Source: a virus
DNA: 64,000 bases
Strand: one strand, 5' to 3'
IMG/VR virus record: IMGVR_UViG_3300031949_000012
Location: 1-64,000 of that record
Part shown: piece by piece, positions 26,185 through 35,627 of the stretch
Layout of the letters: the number at the start of each line of letters is the position of its first letter
Numbering within the stretch: the stretch's first letter is position 1
Position numbers and translations under genes: made by a program
The notes under the pieces: model-generated
What the model was told of the DNA's origin: nothing
Seen by the model: only the letters and a program-made list of their open reading frames with translations
The model's database searches: none

Positions 26185-26379
26185 GTGCAAATGTTGACCA
26201 AAATCGTAATTCAATTGGATGGCTCAGAACGCTCAGCCCTGGCTAAATTGGCTGATAGGGAACGCCGGGAACTGAGCGACCAGGCCGCTTTTATTGTTAG
26301 ACGTTGGCTGGAGCTAGCCGGCTATCTACCGCCCGAATCACAGGAGGTTACTACCACTAATGACCCCGACTGGAAGTAA
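26185..26379 (+). CDS. ribbon-helix-helix-like regulator
   Basis: IVIQLD..E..AL..LA.RE.R.+S.Q...+V. Confidence 0.6.
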   Translation: MQMLTKIVIQLDGSERSALAKLADRERRELSDQAAFIVRRWLELAGYLPPESQEVTTTNDPDWK

Positions 26380-26560
26380 ACCAATCAACTTAATTGCCGA
26401 AATGGAACAACTTGAAACCATGATCTCAAATGTAGCGCAGATACTGGGTGAATATTATAAGACCCTGCTGCAAAGTGGCTTTGATGAAAAGACAGCCAAA
26501 GAACTGGTAATTGCGTTTCAGGGATATTTTTGGCAGCAAATTATCGGTTCTAAAAAGTAA
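26360..26560 (+). CDS. hypothetical phage protein
   Basis: ORF; YY..L...GF....A.EL pattern. Confidence 0.65.
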   Translation: MTPTGSKPINLIAEMEQLETMISNVAQILGEYYKTLLQSGFDEKTAKELVIAFQGYFWQQIIGSKK

Positions 26561-26580
26561 GTCTTGAGGAGAATAGGACA

Positions 26581-29283
26581 ATGAAAACGGCTGATGAATT
26601 TATCGAAACGATTGTTACCGCTCACGCCAGCGGGCGGGTGAAGGATGAAATCATTGTACGTCTGCAGGCCGAGGCAGAAGTATCGAACCGCGAACCACCT
26701 CCGTTGCCAGCCCTTAATAGTCGGGGGCGTACCGAGGGGAACTGGGTGCTAACCCTGGGTGGCAAGGACTTGCGCCCGGATAGTGAACTCTCCTTCGACA
26801 TCATTGACGAGATGCTGCGCGATGGTATGGTGACATTCGTACACCTGATGAAACTGGCGCAGATTATGACCGTATTTCGTTCCTGGCGTGGCTGGAAGGT
26901 CGGTTCAGCTTCGACAGAACTGGCCGAAGTTGCCACAGCTAACCTGAGAACCGTTTTGCCTCAAATGATGCTGAACGCCGGCTACCGTTCTCTGGCCGAT
27001 GGTGTGGCCATGATGGAACTGCTGTGGAAGAACGTCACCAAATATCAGTTGGGCCTGGCCCGTTCATCCGGCAACCGGACGCTGTGGACTGTGGCCGAAC
27101 TGCCACACCTGGTAGACCCCCGGCATGTTTCCCAAATCAAGCGTAATCAGAAGACTTTTGAGTATGAGGGCTTTGTCCAACAGAGCCGCTATTTTAGCGA
27201 ACGGGGGCGGCTTGAAATTACGGTCCCGGCTGAGGAAAGTTTGCTAATGCCCTACAATATCCAGTTCAGAAATATGTGGGGTAAGAGTTTCCTTGAGCCG
27301 ATTTACCCGTATTGGTTCTGGTTTGCTATTACCTTACGCTCGGCCGTGCGCGGGATGGAACGGCTTGGCCGGTCGGATATTATGGTAAGAGCGCCAATGT
27401 TTGACACTTTGCCGGACCCCAATAATGCTACGGGCACAATCCGAGCGATGGATTACATGGGGAATGTGGCTGCATCACTGGCTTACTCCAACTATGCAAT
27501 TCTGCCTTCCGACCGGGAGCGAGAAAGCCAGCAGTACAAGTACGACTTGACCTATCTCAAAGGCGACGCTCATACTGAAGCGATTGTGGGGATGCTGCAA
27601 GAGTTGGCCCAGCTGATGCTCAGGGCCGGGCTTTCGGCAGACCGGGCATTGACCCAATCATCGGGGGGCGTGGGCTCTTACAATATTGGGGAGCTTCATG
27701 CAGCAGCAACCTCGATGCACAACCAGCTTATCCTTACCACCTGGATGTGGTATATCAACAAATACTTTATGCCCTGGTACTCGACATACAACTACGGGCC
27801 GGATGGTCCCCCAATTTGGCTGGAAGTTCGGGCGCTGGACCCGGAATATAAGAAGACAACCCAGGGCTTGATGGGTACGATGGGCTCTACCCCGGCTGGC
27901 CAGGAAGCCTGGTGGCAAATTGACACCCGCACCCTTTTTGAACTCTCTGACATCCCCTTGCTTTCGCCGGAGGAAGCGGCGAAACGCAAAGAGGAGATAA
28001 ACCAGGAGGCGCTAGAGAAGCAGGAAATGTTCTTGAAGCAGGCCCAGGCAGCCAAGGCCGAAAAAGATGCGACTGAACCGGCACCAGCCGAGAAAGAAGA
28101 TGAGGAAACCGTAGCTGAGGAAGCATACCGGGAAGCAGCAGCCATTCTGCTGGGGCAAAAAGAGGGACGTATTCCAATTTATTTGGCTGAACAGGTGATG
28201 AGTGATTTAATTACTTTACGAAGCGGGGCGTATGAGGAAGGCTTACATCCCCGTGATGAAGGCGGCAAGTTCAAGTCCAAGCCTAAGAGCCAGAAGGTTA
28301 GTGAAAAAGGCGGTGAGGCTGCACCTGCTTCCCCTCCTAAACAGAAAAAGGGGAGAGCAAAAAGAGTTGCTACAACTATCCTGAAAGGTGGTGTTATTGG
28401 CGGCATCGGCGGAGGGCTGATTTTTACCGGGCTCCTGGCCGCTGGAATAGCTGCCAAGAAGCAAAAAGAGGGCGAAGGGATAGACCCAAACGAAACCGAG
28501 GGCTGGCCGAAACCACAAAATGAGGCGGAGGCAGCAGCCCTGGCCAAAAGTACCCTAGCCGCTATTGGCATTGATATTGGCTGGAATATAGATATTGTGG
28601 AAGGCGGACAACATGCAGATGCGTTTGGTAACTTCGATCCGCGTGAAGGAGTATTGCATCTTTCTCCGAGAATGGCCGAACAACTTAAAGAAGGAGACCC
28701 AGGCGCAATTATTGTTTTATTGCATGAAGTTGCTCACTCCAGACAGCAAATAGAAGGCTCGAATCATCCTGATAAAATTGAAATCCCAAATGAGGCCACC
28801 ATTACCAATACGGATATACAGGCTTTGATGGGAAACTTTGAGGGCAATAACCAGTTGGTAACACTTATGGCGGCCAGTAAATTGTATGGGCGAGAAATCA
28901 ATGACGAAACGATTTCTGATATGTCCCTTGCACTTATAGGCGACAATATCGAAGATTTAATTGGGACTGGCGGAGTTGGAGTTATGCAGATTGCCAAGAA
29001 CCCATATAAAGAGGAAACAGCAACCTGGGCTGGTCTTGCCTCAAAATGGCAAGAGGAAACGGGCGAAAACAAATATGCCTTTATCTCCGAATCGCACGAT
29101 AACGCTTTCAGTATTTCCTATAATCGCTCAGTTTTACAACGCCTATTTCCAGAGCGAATGGAAAACTTCTCAGGTGAAAATCAGCTGCCAGCGCCCAGTA
29201 CAATTTTGGATTGGTTAAGTGAGGATGGCATTGATGGAGAAAAGGAATTGAGTACGATTTTACAGGAACAAATCAGTGACTGA
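26581..29283 (+). CDS. portal protein (Mu gp29/DUF935-like) fused to TM helix and zincin-like peptidase
   Basis: follows TerL; G.S.L...Y..W, E+.G, GGVGSYNIGELH; then HPRD..GKF, hydrophobic helix, LLHEVAH and downstream EG. Confidence 0.8.
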   Translation: MKTADEFIETIVTAHASGRVKDEIIVRLQAEAEVSNREPPPLPALNSRGRTEGNWVLTLGGKDLRPDSELSFDIIDEMLRDGMVTFVHLMKLAQIMTVFRSWRGWKVGSASTELAEVATANLRTVLPQMMLNAGYRSLADGVAMMELLWKNVTKYQLGLARSSGNRTLWTVAELPHLVDPRHVSQIKRNQKTFEYEGFVQQSRYFSERGRLEITVPAEESLLMPYNIQFRNMWGKSFLEPIYPYWFWFAITLRSAVRGMERLGRSDIMVRAPMFDTLPDPNNATGTIRAMDYMGNVAASLAYSNYAILPSDRERESQQYKYDLTYLKGDAHTEAIVGMLQELAQLMLRAGLSADRALTQSSGGVGSYNIGELHAAATSMHNQLILTTWMWYINKYFMPWYSTYNYGPDGPPIWLEVRALDPEYKKTTQGLMGTMGSTPAGQEAWWQIDTRTLFELSDIPLLSPEEAAKRKEEINQEALEKQEMFLKQAQAAKAEKDATEPAPAEKEDEETVAEEAYREAAAILLGQKEGRIPIYLAEQVMSDLITLRSGAYEEGLHPRDEGGKFKSKPKSQKVSEKGGEAAPASPPKQKKGRAKRVATTILKGGVIGGIGGGLIFTGLLAAGIAAKKQKEGEGIDPNETEGWPKPQNEAEAAALAKSTLAAIGIDIGWNIDIVEGGQHADAFGNFDPREGVLHLSPRMAEQLKEGDPGAIIVLLHEVAHSRQQIEGSNHPDKIEIPNEATITNTDIQALMGNFEGNNQLVTLMAASKLYGREINDETISDMSLALIGDNIEDLIGTGGVGVMQIAKNPYKEETATWAGLASKWQEETGENKYAFISESHDNAFSISYNRSVLQRLFPERMENFSGENQLPAPSTILDWLSEDGIDGEKELSTILQEQISD

Positions 29284-29572
29284 CTTTACCTATGTACGCG
29301 GCGTTCTGGTCAGCCGCAGTACCATTGAACGTTACGAACAGGACATCGGGGGGCATCTTATCCCCGATAGCGAATGGGAACTTTTGCTTGGCCTGGATGA
29401 CCTGATCTTTCAGGTCTATCGTAAAACCGGGAAAGTTCCCCCCAAGAAGACGGTACAAATCAACACCGACTACTTTATCTTTCGAGACATCCCGGTGGAC
29501 GTGCCGGGTTTAGGAGTTATCGAGGCCAAAGGGCCAAAAAAAATGTGGTTTAGACGACGGAGAATATTCTAA
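29276..29572 (+). CDS. hypothetical protein
   Basis: ORF, coupled both sides. Confidence 0.65.
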   Translation: MTDFTYVRGVLVSRSTIERYEQDIGGHLIPDSEWELLLGLDDLIFQVYRKTGKVPPKKTVQINTDYFIFRDIPVDVPGLGVIEAKGPKKMWFRRRRIF

Positions 29573-30951
29573 TGCTGAAGGTAAATATGTGGACGGATCA
29601 CCCGTCCACTACGACCGGCTTTGCCAATGTCAGCCGGCCATTTGCAGACTACTTTATGGACCTGGGTTGGAGTGTGCATATCTTGGGCCGGCTTTCGCGC
29701 TTTGTGCCGGACAGTGGCTTCTACAAAGTTTTTCCGGCCAATGAGTTCGACCAAGATGGTATGGAGATATTGGAGAGCTTTACCATCACCCGCTGGCCAG
29801 ATGTTTTTTGGATCATCGGTTCGCCTGGTTCGCTCAGGCGCTGGTTCTTTGGCGGGCGGCGGGATATGGGGCCAATTGACGTTGGGGCTATCACTGATAA
29901 GTTCACCGAAAAGAAGTATCTGGGTATCAACAAGCTCTTTAAGATGGTCGTCTACATGCCAATCGAGGGTAGACCTATGAGCCGGTTACAGGAACCCATC
30001 TTTCGCTTCATTCAGGATGTCAAAGGGAAGGTGGTTTGCTACAGCCCTGGTTCCCGCCAGCTTCTGCTCGATACCTTTCCTCTGGTTGAACCGGAGACGG
30101 TTGAGTTTGTCTATCACGGCCTGGACCACGCCAATTTCCGATACTATGACGAGGCGGATCGTAATATTTTGCGTAAGATGTGTGGGTTGGCTGATAAGTT
30201 TGTGGTGGGCTCAGTGGGGGCTAACAAGGGGGTGAAGGGTTTCCCAGACATCATCAATGTAGCCAGGATTATTCAAGCGCGTAGGGAGAAGGACATCATT
30301 TTTTACCTGCACACCGATGCTGAAGACCCTCTGACCGGCCAGTTTGCCGGCCACGATTTGAAGGGGTTGGTCTACGAGCTTGGTCTTGAGGAATATGTTG
30401 TTTTCAAACCCAACAAAATCAACAGCGAAATGATGGTCAATTCCCAGTGGATTGGCATAGCCCGCGACCGGGAAGTGCCAATGGCTCAGACCTTGCGGGA
30501 GCGATTTGAAAGCCGGGGGTACGTGCCTGTGGACCCTTATGCGCGTGGGGAAATCTTCTCCTACTACAGTTACATGGACATTATGAATGTCTGCGACCTG
30601 TATCTGGATTTAGCCACAATCGAGGGCTGGGGTCTTCCTATTGGCGAGGCGATGGGATGTGGCTTGCCGGTATTGGGCATTGCCGATGGGCATATCCGGG
30701 ATGAAGTTTATGGTAACGCCCGGCAAATTATCCAACCTCTGCCAGAACGACTATGGGCCTGGCACTCGACCGGGGCATTACTTCCCAGGGCAGACCCAGA
30801 AGTTGTAGCTGATGAAATCATTCGCCTGAAAAATGATAGCCAGCGTCGAGAGGAGTTGCGCCGGCTTGGTTTTGAGTGCGCTGGCCGCTACAAATGGGCG
30901 GACAGCTGCGAGAAAATGGCCAGGATTATCGAAAATGTCCAAACTTCCTAA
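29572..30951 (+). CDS. GT-B glycosyltransferase (GT4-like)
   Basis: TGFA.V, YHGLD, VG.N...KG, EGWGLPIGEAMGCGLPV. Confidence 0.9.
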   Translation: MLKVNMWTDHPSTTTGFANVSRPFADYFMDLGWSVHILGRLSRFVPDSGFYKVFPANEFDQDGMEILESFTITRWPDVFWIIGSPGSLRRWFFGGRRDMGPIDVGAITDKFTEKKYLGINKLFKMVVYMPIEGRPMSRLQEPIFRFIQDVKGKVVCYSPGSRQLLLDTFPLVEPETVEFVYHGLDHANFRYYDEADRNILRKMCGLADKFVVGSVGANKGVKGFPDIINVARIIQARREKDIIFYLHTDAEDPLTGQFAGHDLKGLVYELGLEEYVVFKPNKINSEMMVNSQWIGIARDREVPMAQTLRERFESRGYVPVDPYARGEIFSYYSYMDIMNVCDLYLDLATIEGWGLPIGEAMGCGLPVLGIADGHIRDEVYGNARQIIQPLPERLWAWHSTGALLPRADPEVVADEIIRLKNDSQRREELRRLGFECAGRYKWADSCEKMARIIENVQTS

Positions 30952-31438
30952 GAACATTCCCCTGGAGCATGTTTGCCCGGCGTGTACCAAAAAATTTCTA
31001 TCCGTCGAGAGGCGAGAGGCTGATGGCCGTTGCCCCCATTGTCGGGTTTCTCTCAAACTGGACCGGCGCAAAAAGCAGTCAGGTACCGGTTTCGAGTATA
31101 TCTTCACCATAGACGAAGACTTGACTGCGAAACGGTCTGAAACCGATGGTCCCGGTGATGCTTTGCGTTACGAAGTAATTGAGACGCGAGGCCAATACCC
31201 CCTGATTGTCACTGAGAAGCTGAAGGAACCAGATGACAATTTGCCACTATACCGGGTGCATTATCGGCCGGCTTCGGCTTACACTAAATGCTACTGCCCC
31301 CGCTGCAGCGCCTATATGTTCACTAATCAGGTTCTTAGATCGGGTGGCAGTAGCGGAACGGTGCTGGTCTGCCGGGCGAAAAATTCTGATCTCTTTGATG
31401 GACAATGCAAAACCAAAACGGCCTTTATATTCGAATGA
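30935..31438 (+). CDS. double zinc-ribbon protein
   Basis: CPAC..CPHC and CPRC..C..C; ATG at 30935. Confidence 0.65.
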   Translation: MSKLPKNIPLEHVCPACTKKFLSVERREADGRCPHCRVSLKLDRRKKQSGTGFEYIFTIDEDLTAKRSETDGPGDALRYEVIETRGQYPLIVTEKLKEPDDNLPLYRVHYRPASAYTKCYCPRCSAYMFTNQVLRSGGSSGTVLVCRAKNSDLFDGQCKTKTAFIFE

Positions 31439-31818
31439 TGAAACCCAAATTATCAAACAAATCCGTAAATCTGCCGCTTCAAACGGCTGAAACACAGCCG
31501 GACTACTGGCGGCTGGTCATTACTTTACTTGTCATGCTGCTCTTGTTTTTAGGAATCCCTCTATTGATGCAAATGCAAACTGGCCTGGCGGCTGAAGATG
31601 TATGGCATAGACTGCCAGAGGAGCGACCCGGCAATGGGCGGCTGGTTTACATTCCTTTAGGGGACTGCCTTCATTTAGCTCGTTTTCAGTTTGGCGTTGT
31701 TTTTTATGACCAGGAGAGTGACCGGGTTTTCCCAGATGAAACTCGTTGGCTGTACCCGGCCGAGTATAATCTGGCTGCAATGCCAGCCTGTCGTAAGGAG
31801 AGCCATGAAACTGGTTAA
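31435..31818 (+). CDS. single-TM protein
   Basis: hydrophobic LVITLLVMLLLFLGIPLLM. Confidence 0.6.
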   Translation: MMKPKLSNKSVNLPLQTAETQPDYWRLVITLLVMLLLFLGIPLLMQMQTGLAAEDVWHRLPEERPGNGRLVYIPLGDCLHLARFQFGVVFYDQESDRVFPDETRWLYPAEYNLAAMPACRKESHETG

Positions 31819-32590
31819 AAGTCAGCTAATCAATATGCCAGATTTATGGTTCAGGGAAAATACAATGGACCATCTTATATTCGAGCAAGTCTGGCTGCGT
31901 GACGAGTATAAAGTGCGCCCAATTTTACCGTTCCTACATGATGACTATAACATTGTAGATATTGGCGCTCACGCCGGTTACTTCACCCGGTTTGTGCTGG
32001 AACATAGTCGGGCCAGAGTTATCGCCTTTGAGCCGCATTGGGAGAATTACCAATTGGCTTATCTGAACAATGAGAAGTTCATCAAAGAAGGGCGCTGTTT
32101 TCTCTATAACCTGGCTGTGAGCCGTTCAGATGTCTCTACTCCCCAGTGGTTGAGTTATGAGAATAAGCAAATCTGGACTGAGGGGGCTAATACAGGCGGG
32201 TTTACCCTCTTTCCGCTGACTTCAGCATTGAGCGGTGAATATGTTCGGGTACTGGCCGTTGGTCTGGATGCTATCATTAAAACCTTTGGCTCGATTAACC
32301 TGCTCAAGATTGATGCTGAAAGCGGCGAATGGCCAGCCTTGCTGACTTCCAAACATCTTTCGGACATCTCTATGATCGTGGGGGAATACCACGAAATGGG
32401 TGGCGTTTATGATGAGCACGATCCAGGCGTCTTTTGCTTGAGCTACCCACAGCTGACGGTTAAGATATTGCAAAAGCATCTGAAGCAATATGGTTTCAAC
32501 TACTTTCTCTTTGACCGGATGATTAAACCTCATCCAAACCTGGGGCATTTCTACGCTCGAAAGGAAGCCGATGCTCTCTATCTATTGTGA
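31805..32590 (+). CDS. FkbM-family SAM methyltransferase
   Basis: VDIGAHAGYF, AFEP..EN, LLKIDAESGE, GEYH. Confidence 0.9.
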   Translation: MKLVKSQLINMPDLWFRENTMDHLIFEQVWLRDEYKVRPILPFLHDDYNIVDIGAHAGYFTRFVLEHSRARVIAFEPHWENYQLAYLNNEKFIKEGRCFLYNLAVSRSDVSTPQWLSYENKQIWTEGANTGGFTLFPLTSALSGEYVRVLAVGLDAIIKTFGSINLLKIDAESGEWPALLTSKHLSDISMIVGEYHEMGGVYDEHDPGVFCLSYPQLTVKILQKHLKQYGFNYFLFDRMIKPHPNLGHFYARKEADALYLL

Positions 32591-33386
32591 AACCGATAAC
32601 GTTTCGCTTACCATCTACCGTATTATCAGCCAGGTCAAGCAGACTGCGCCATCTAATATTCAATTCGTCAAAGCTATTGAAGACGCGGACTATGCTATTC
32701 TGACAGCTATTGGCATTGATGGGGTGAAGGAGTTCATAGATCGGCTGCCCTGCATCTTACTACAGCTATGCCACAAAACAGCCGGCCCACAGGAGTTTTG
32801 GGACTATGCTTGGAGCAAGGCGAAGCTGGTGGGCAGCTATTATGACCTGAAGCCACCCTGTCCTTACGTACGCTTTCCGGTTGGCTTTGATGAGAAAGTC
32901 TTCTACAATAATTTTAATGGTGCGTGGAAGGAGCGACCTTATCCTTGCGCTGTGACCGGCCGGGTAGACGGACCAGAGGAAATTCGCTCCGTCTATGACG
33001 GTTTTGGCGTTGTGGTTCATCTGGGACGTGACTTTCGCTATGGACCAGGCTATATCCATTTCAACACCTTGACCGATGACGAGATGCGTGGCGTCTATTC
33101 CCGAAGCCAGTATGTGGCTGGACTAAGGCACATCGAAGGGTTTGAGCTGCCGATTATCGAGGGAGCGGCCTGTGGCTGCCAGCCGATTGCCTTTGATATG
33201 CCCTGCTACCGCTATTGGTTCGATGACTTTGCTACATTTATCCAGCCTAATCTACCGGTGACAGCACAGTTAGAACGCATCAGTCGGGAGAAACCATATC
33301 GGGAAATCAAGCCAGAGCACCTGGAGCGGTTTAAGCTCCACAATGCCTGGGCGCCGTTTTGGGACGCTTTTTTGGAGGTGGTTTGA
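32571..33386 (+). CDS. GT-B glycosyltransferase
   Basis: EGFELPIIEGAACGC EX7E motif. Confidence 0.85.
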   Translation: MLSIYCETDNVSLTIYRIISQVKQTAPSNIQFVKAIEDADYAILTAIGIDGVKEFIDRLPCILLQLCHKTAGPQEFWDYAWSKAKLVGSYYDLKPPCPYVRFPVGFDEKVFYNNFNGAWKERPYPCAVTGRVDGPEEIRSVYDGFGVVVHLGRDFRYGPGYIHFNTLTDDEMRGVYSRSQYVAGLRHIEGFELPIIEGAACGCQPIAFDMPCYRYWFDDFATFIQPNLPVTAQLERISREKPYREIKPEHLERFKLHNAWAPFWDAFLEVV

Positions 33387-33493
33387 CACTTGATTTCTGG
33401 TTTGGTTTTCTTTGTGCGGGTGCGTTGGCGATTGTTTTCCTGGCCGGGTACACGTTCTATCTGGCCTACTATTTCTATAAAAGTTTGGAGTGA
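33383..33493 (+). CDS. 36-aa membrane peptide
   Basis: hand translation MTLDFWFGFLCAGALAIVFLAGYTFYLAYYFYKSLE; GGAGG SD, fills gap exactly. Confidence 0.55.
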   Translation: MTLDFWFGFLCAGALAIVFLAGYTFYLAYYFYKSLE

Positions 33494-33495
33494 CT

Positions 33496-34152
33496 ATGGA
33501 TGTTGTGATTATTGGTACGGGCGGTATGGCTAAAGAAATTTGGGGGTTATGCCAGATAACAGGTTATCGTGTCTTGGGGTTTGTTTCCGAACAGGCTGAT
33601 TACCAGGACATGTTTATGGGCTTGCCGGTCTTGAGTTCAGACCACGAATGGCTAAGAGCAAGACGGAAAAACTGTGTCATTGCTAATGGCTCACCGGCTA
33701 TCCGGCGCAAAATTGCCCAATTTTATCAGGATTCTGCGCATCATTTTCCGCATATTGTCCCAGTCGAGGCTATTATTTTGACCCACCTGAAAGAGATCGG
33801 CAATGGTACAAGCATTATGCCGGGTGGGGTCATTCAGCCTGAAGTCTCCCTGGGCGCGTTTGTTCATATCAACATGGGCGTTACCATCGGCCATGATGTA
33901 ACGATTGGCGATTATTCGGTGGTGAACCATAATGCTGGAATTTCTGGTAATGTTACCATTGGTGAGGGAGTGCTGATAGGGGCCGGGGCGACGATTATCG
34001 AAGGGCATACCATTGGCGACTGGGCGATTGTTGGGGCCGGGGCGGTGGTGACGAGAAGTATTCCGGCCGGCGAAACCTGGGTTGGTGTTCCGGCCAAGCC
34101 GATGGAAAAGGAGCGCATTTCTTTTGCTGAACTTTACAATATCAACGAATGA
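33496..34152 (+). CDS. NeuD/PglD-family sugar acetyltransferase
   Basis: IIGTGGMAKE Rossmann start, hexapeptide repeats, GHD, VGVPAK. Confidence 0.9.
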   Translation: MDVVIIGTGGMAKEIWGLCQITGYRVLGFVSEQADYQDMFMGLPVLSSDHEWLRARRKNCVIANGSPAIRRKIAQFYQDSAHHFPHIVPVEAIILTHLKEIGNGTSIMPGGVIQPEVSLGAFVHINMGVTIGHDVTIGDYSVVNHNAGISGNVTIGEGVLIGAGATIIEGHTIGDWAIVGAGAVVTRSIPAGETWVGVPAKPMEKERISFAELYNINE

Positions 34153-34756
34153 GCTCTGGCAGCCGGAAAATACCGGCTACGTCCGGTATATCTTATCCCT
34201 GCTGGAAGCTGACCCACATACCGCAAACATCCTTGCCATGATGGACCAAAAGGTTGTTTCTATCTGCCCATTGTTGGCTTATTTGGCTATGGAAAACAAT
34301 CTTGCCAGCTATATGGAGCTAGGTGTCCGGCGTGGCTTTTCAATGGCCATGATTGCCGGGCGCAGGCCATTCTGTCACCTGGTTGGTTTTGATAAATGGG
34401 AAGCTGACTATGGTAAAGCTCCAAACCCTGGGCCTGATTTCGTGAGGACAGAACTGGCGAAAGTGGGGTATATCGGCAAATTGGAACTCATTACCGGCGA
34501 TACGGTTGAAACCTTGCCTCAGTACAAGCCAAAGGCTCTATTCTCCCTTATTCTGGTGGATGCGGATCATACCCAGGAAGGTGTCTACAAAGATATTCTA
34601 AATGCTATCCATTTCCTGCATCCAGAAGGGGTGATGATTGTGGATGATCTGCAAGATAAGGATGTGAGAGCCGGTTTCGACCGGGCTGTTTCACTCATCC
34701 GGTTAGCTCATTGGAAACAGGACCGGGTAGGAGCGATATATTTTGAACCAGTCTAA
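34082..34756 (+). CDS. class I SAM methyltransferase (Methyltransf_24-like); start uncertain
   Basis: ELGVRRGFS, GDT, VDADH, G.++VDD. Confidence 0.85.
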   Translation: MVFRPSRWKRSAFLLLNFTISTNELWQPENTGYVRYILSLLEADPHTANILAMMDQKVVSICPLLAYLAMENNLASYMELGVRRGFSMAMIAGRRPFCHLVGFDKWEADYGKAPNPGPDFVRTELAKVGYIGKLELITGDTVETLPQYKPKALFSLILVDADHTQEGVYKDILNAIHFLHPEGVMIVDDLQDKDVRAGFDRAVSLIRLAHWKQDRVGAIYFEPV

Positions 34757-35468
34757 AGTAGCGATTTGGTCACTCTTTCGAGATGACGAAAAAGGGGATT
34801 ATCTGGATCAGTATCTTTACCGTATTCGTTGTCTCAGTTGGCCCAGGGATAAACTGCGTTTTTATCTGGTTGAAGGGGATAGTAAAGATAATACCTTTGA
34901 AGTTCTGAAAGAAAAAACGGCTGGGAATAGCCGGATAAAGGTGCTCAAATGTGATAGTGGGATGCCAGATCACGGCTCTAAAGTTCACCCGGAACGATTT
35001 GCAGCCGTTTCCCGACCAGGGAACTACGCTGTGGATGAAATTGTGCACGACGACTGGGCAGATGTAGCAATGCTCATTGAAAGCGATTTGCTTTATGCGC
35101 CAGATTTAATCGAGCGGCTTTCATCCCATCTACCTGATGAAGACGCTGTTATTGCTCCGATGATCTGGATTTCATATCCCGATGGTAAGCTGCGTTTTTA
35201 TGATATTTGGGGCTTTCGATTTGAGGAAAATGACCTTTTCCCGCCAGAAACGCCACAGTGGTTCGAGGAACGATTTGGGGGAAATGTTACTGAGATATGG
35301 AGTGCGGGAAGCGTGGTGATGTTTCCCTTCAGAGCTTTAGCTGAGGGAGCCCGATATTCTGAAGTCTATCCAGAGGCGATTATGGGCTTTACCCGCCAGG
35401 CAGCGGCCTTGGGTTGCCGGATATATTGTGATCCGGCTACACACGTCACTCACCCTCCGCGTCCATAA
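34743..35468 (+). CDS. GT-A glycosyltransferase (Anp1/GT2-like)
   Basis: SLFRD, EGDS.D.T, ESDL, FYDIWGFR, SAGS, CDP...H. Confidence 0.75.
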   Translation: MNQSKVAIWSLFRDDEKGDYLDQYLYRIRCLSWPRDKLRFYLVEGDSKDNTFEVLKEKTAGNSRIKVLKCDSGMPDHGSKVHPERFAAVSRPGNYAVDEIVHDDWADVAMLIESDLLYAPDLIERLSSHLPDEDAVIAPMIWISYPDGKLRFYDIWGFRFEENDLFPPETPQWFEERFGGNVTEIWSAGSVVMFPFRALAEGARYSEVYPEAIMGFTRQAAALGCRIYCDPATHVTHPPRP

Positions 35469-35507
35469 CTGTCCAATTTTGGACAGCTATATTCGACGGG
35501 CTCAATA

Positions 35508-35543
35508 CAAAAAGTCCCTGGCTGCCGGTCCAGGGACTTTTTG
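35508..35543. terminator. bidirectional intrinsic terminator between convergent GT genes
   Basis: CAAAAAGTCCCTGG-8nt-CCAGGGACTTTTTG. Confidence 0.85.
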
Positions 35544-35627
35544 CTTCTCAGGAGGTCCAACAAAACAAAAAGGAGGAAAACAATGTTTACGGGCTAAATT
35601 ATATATGATGGTTACATATCTGTCAAG

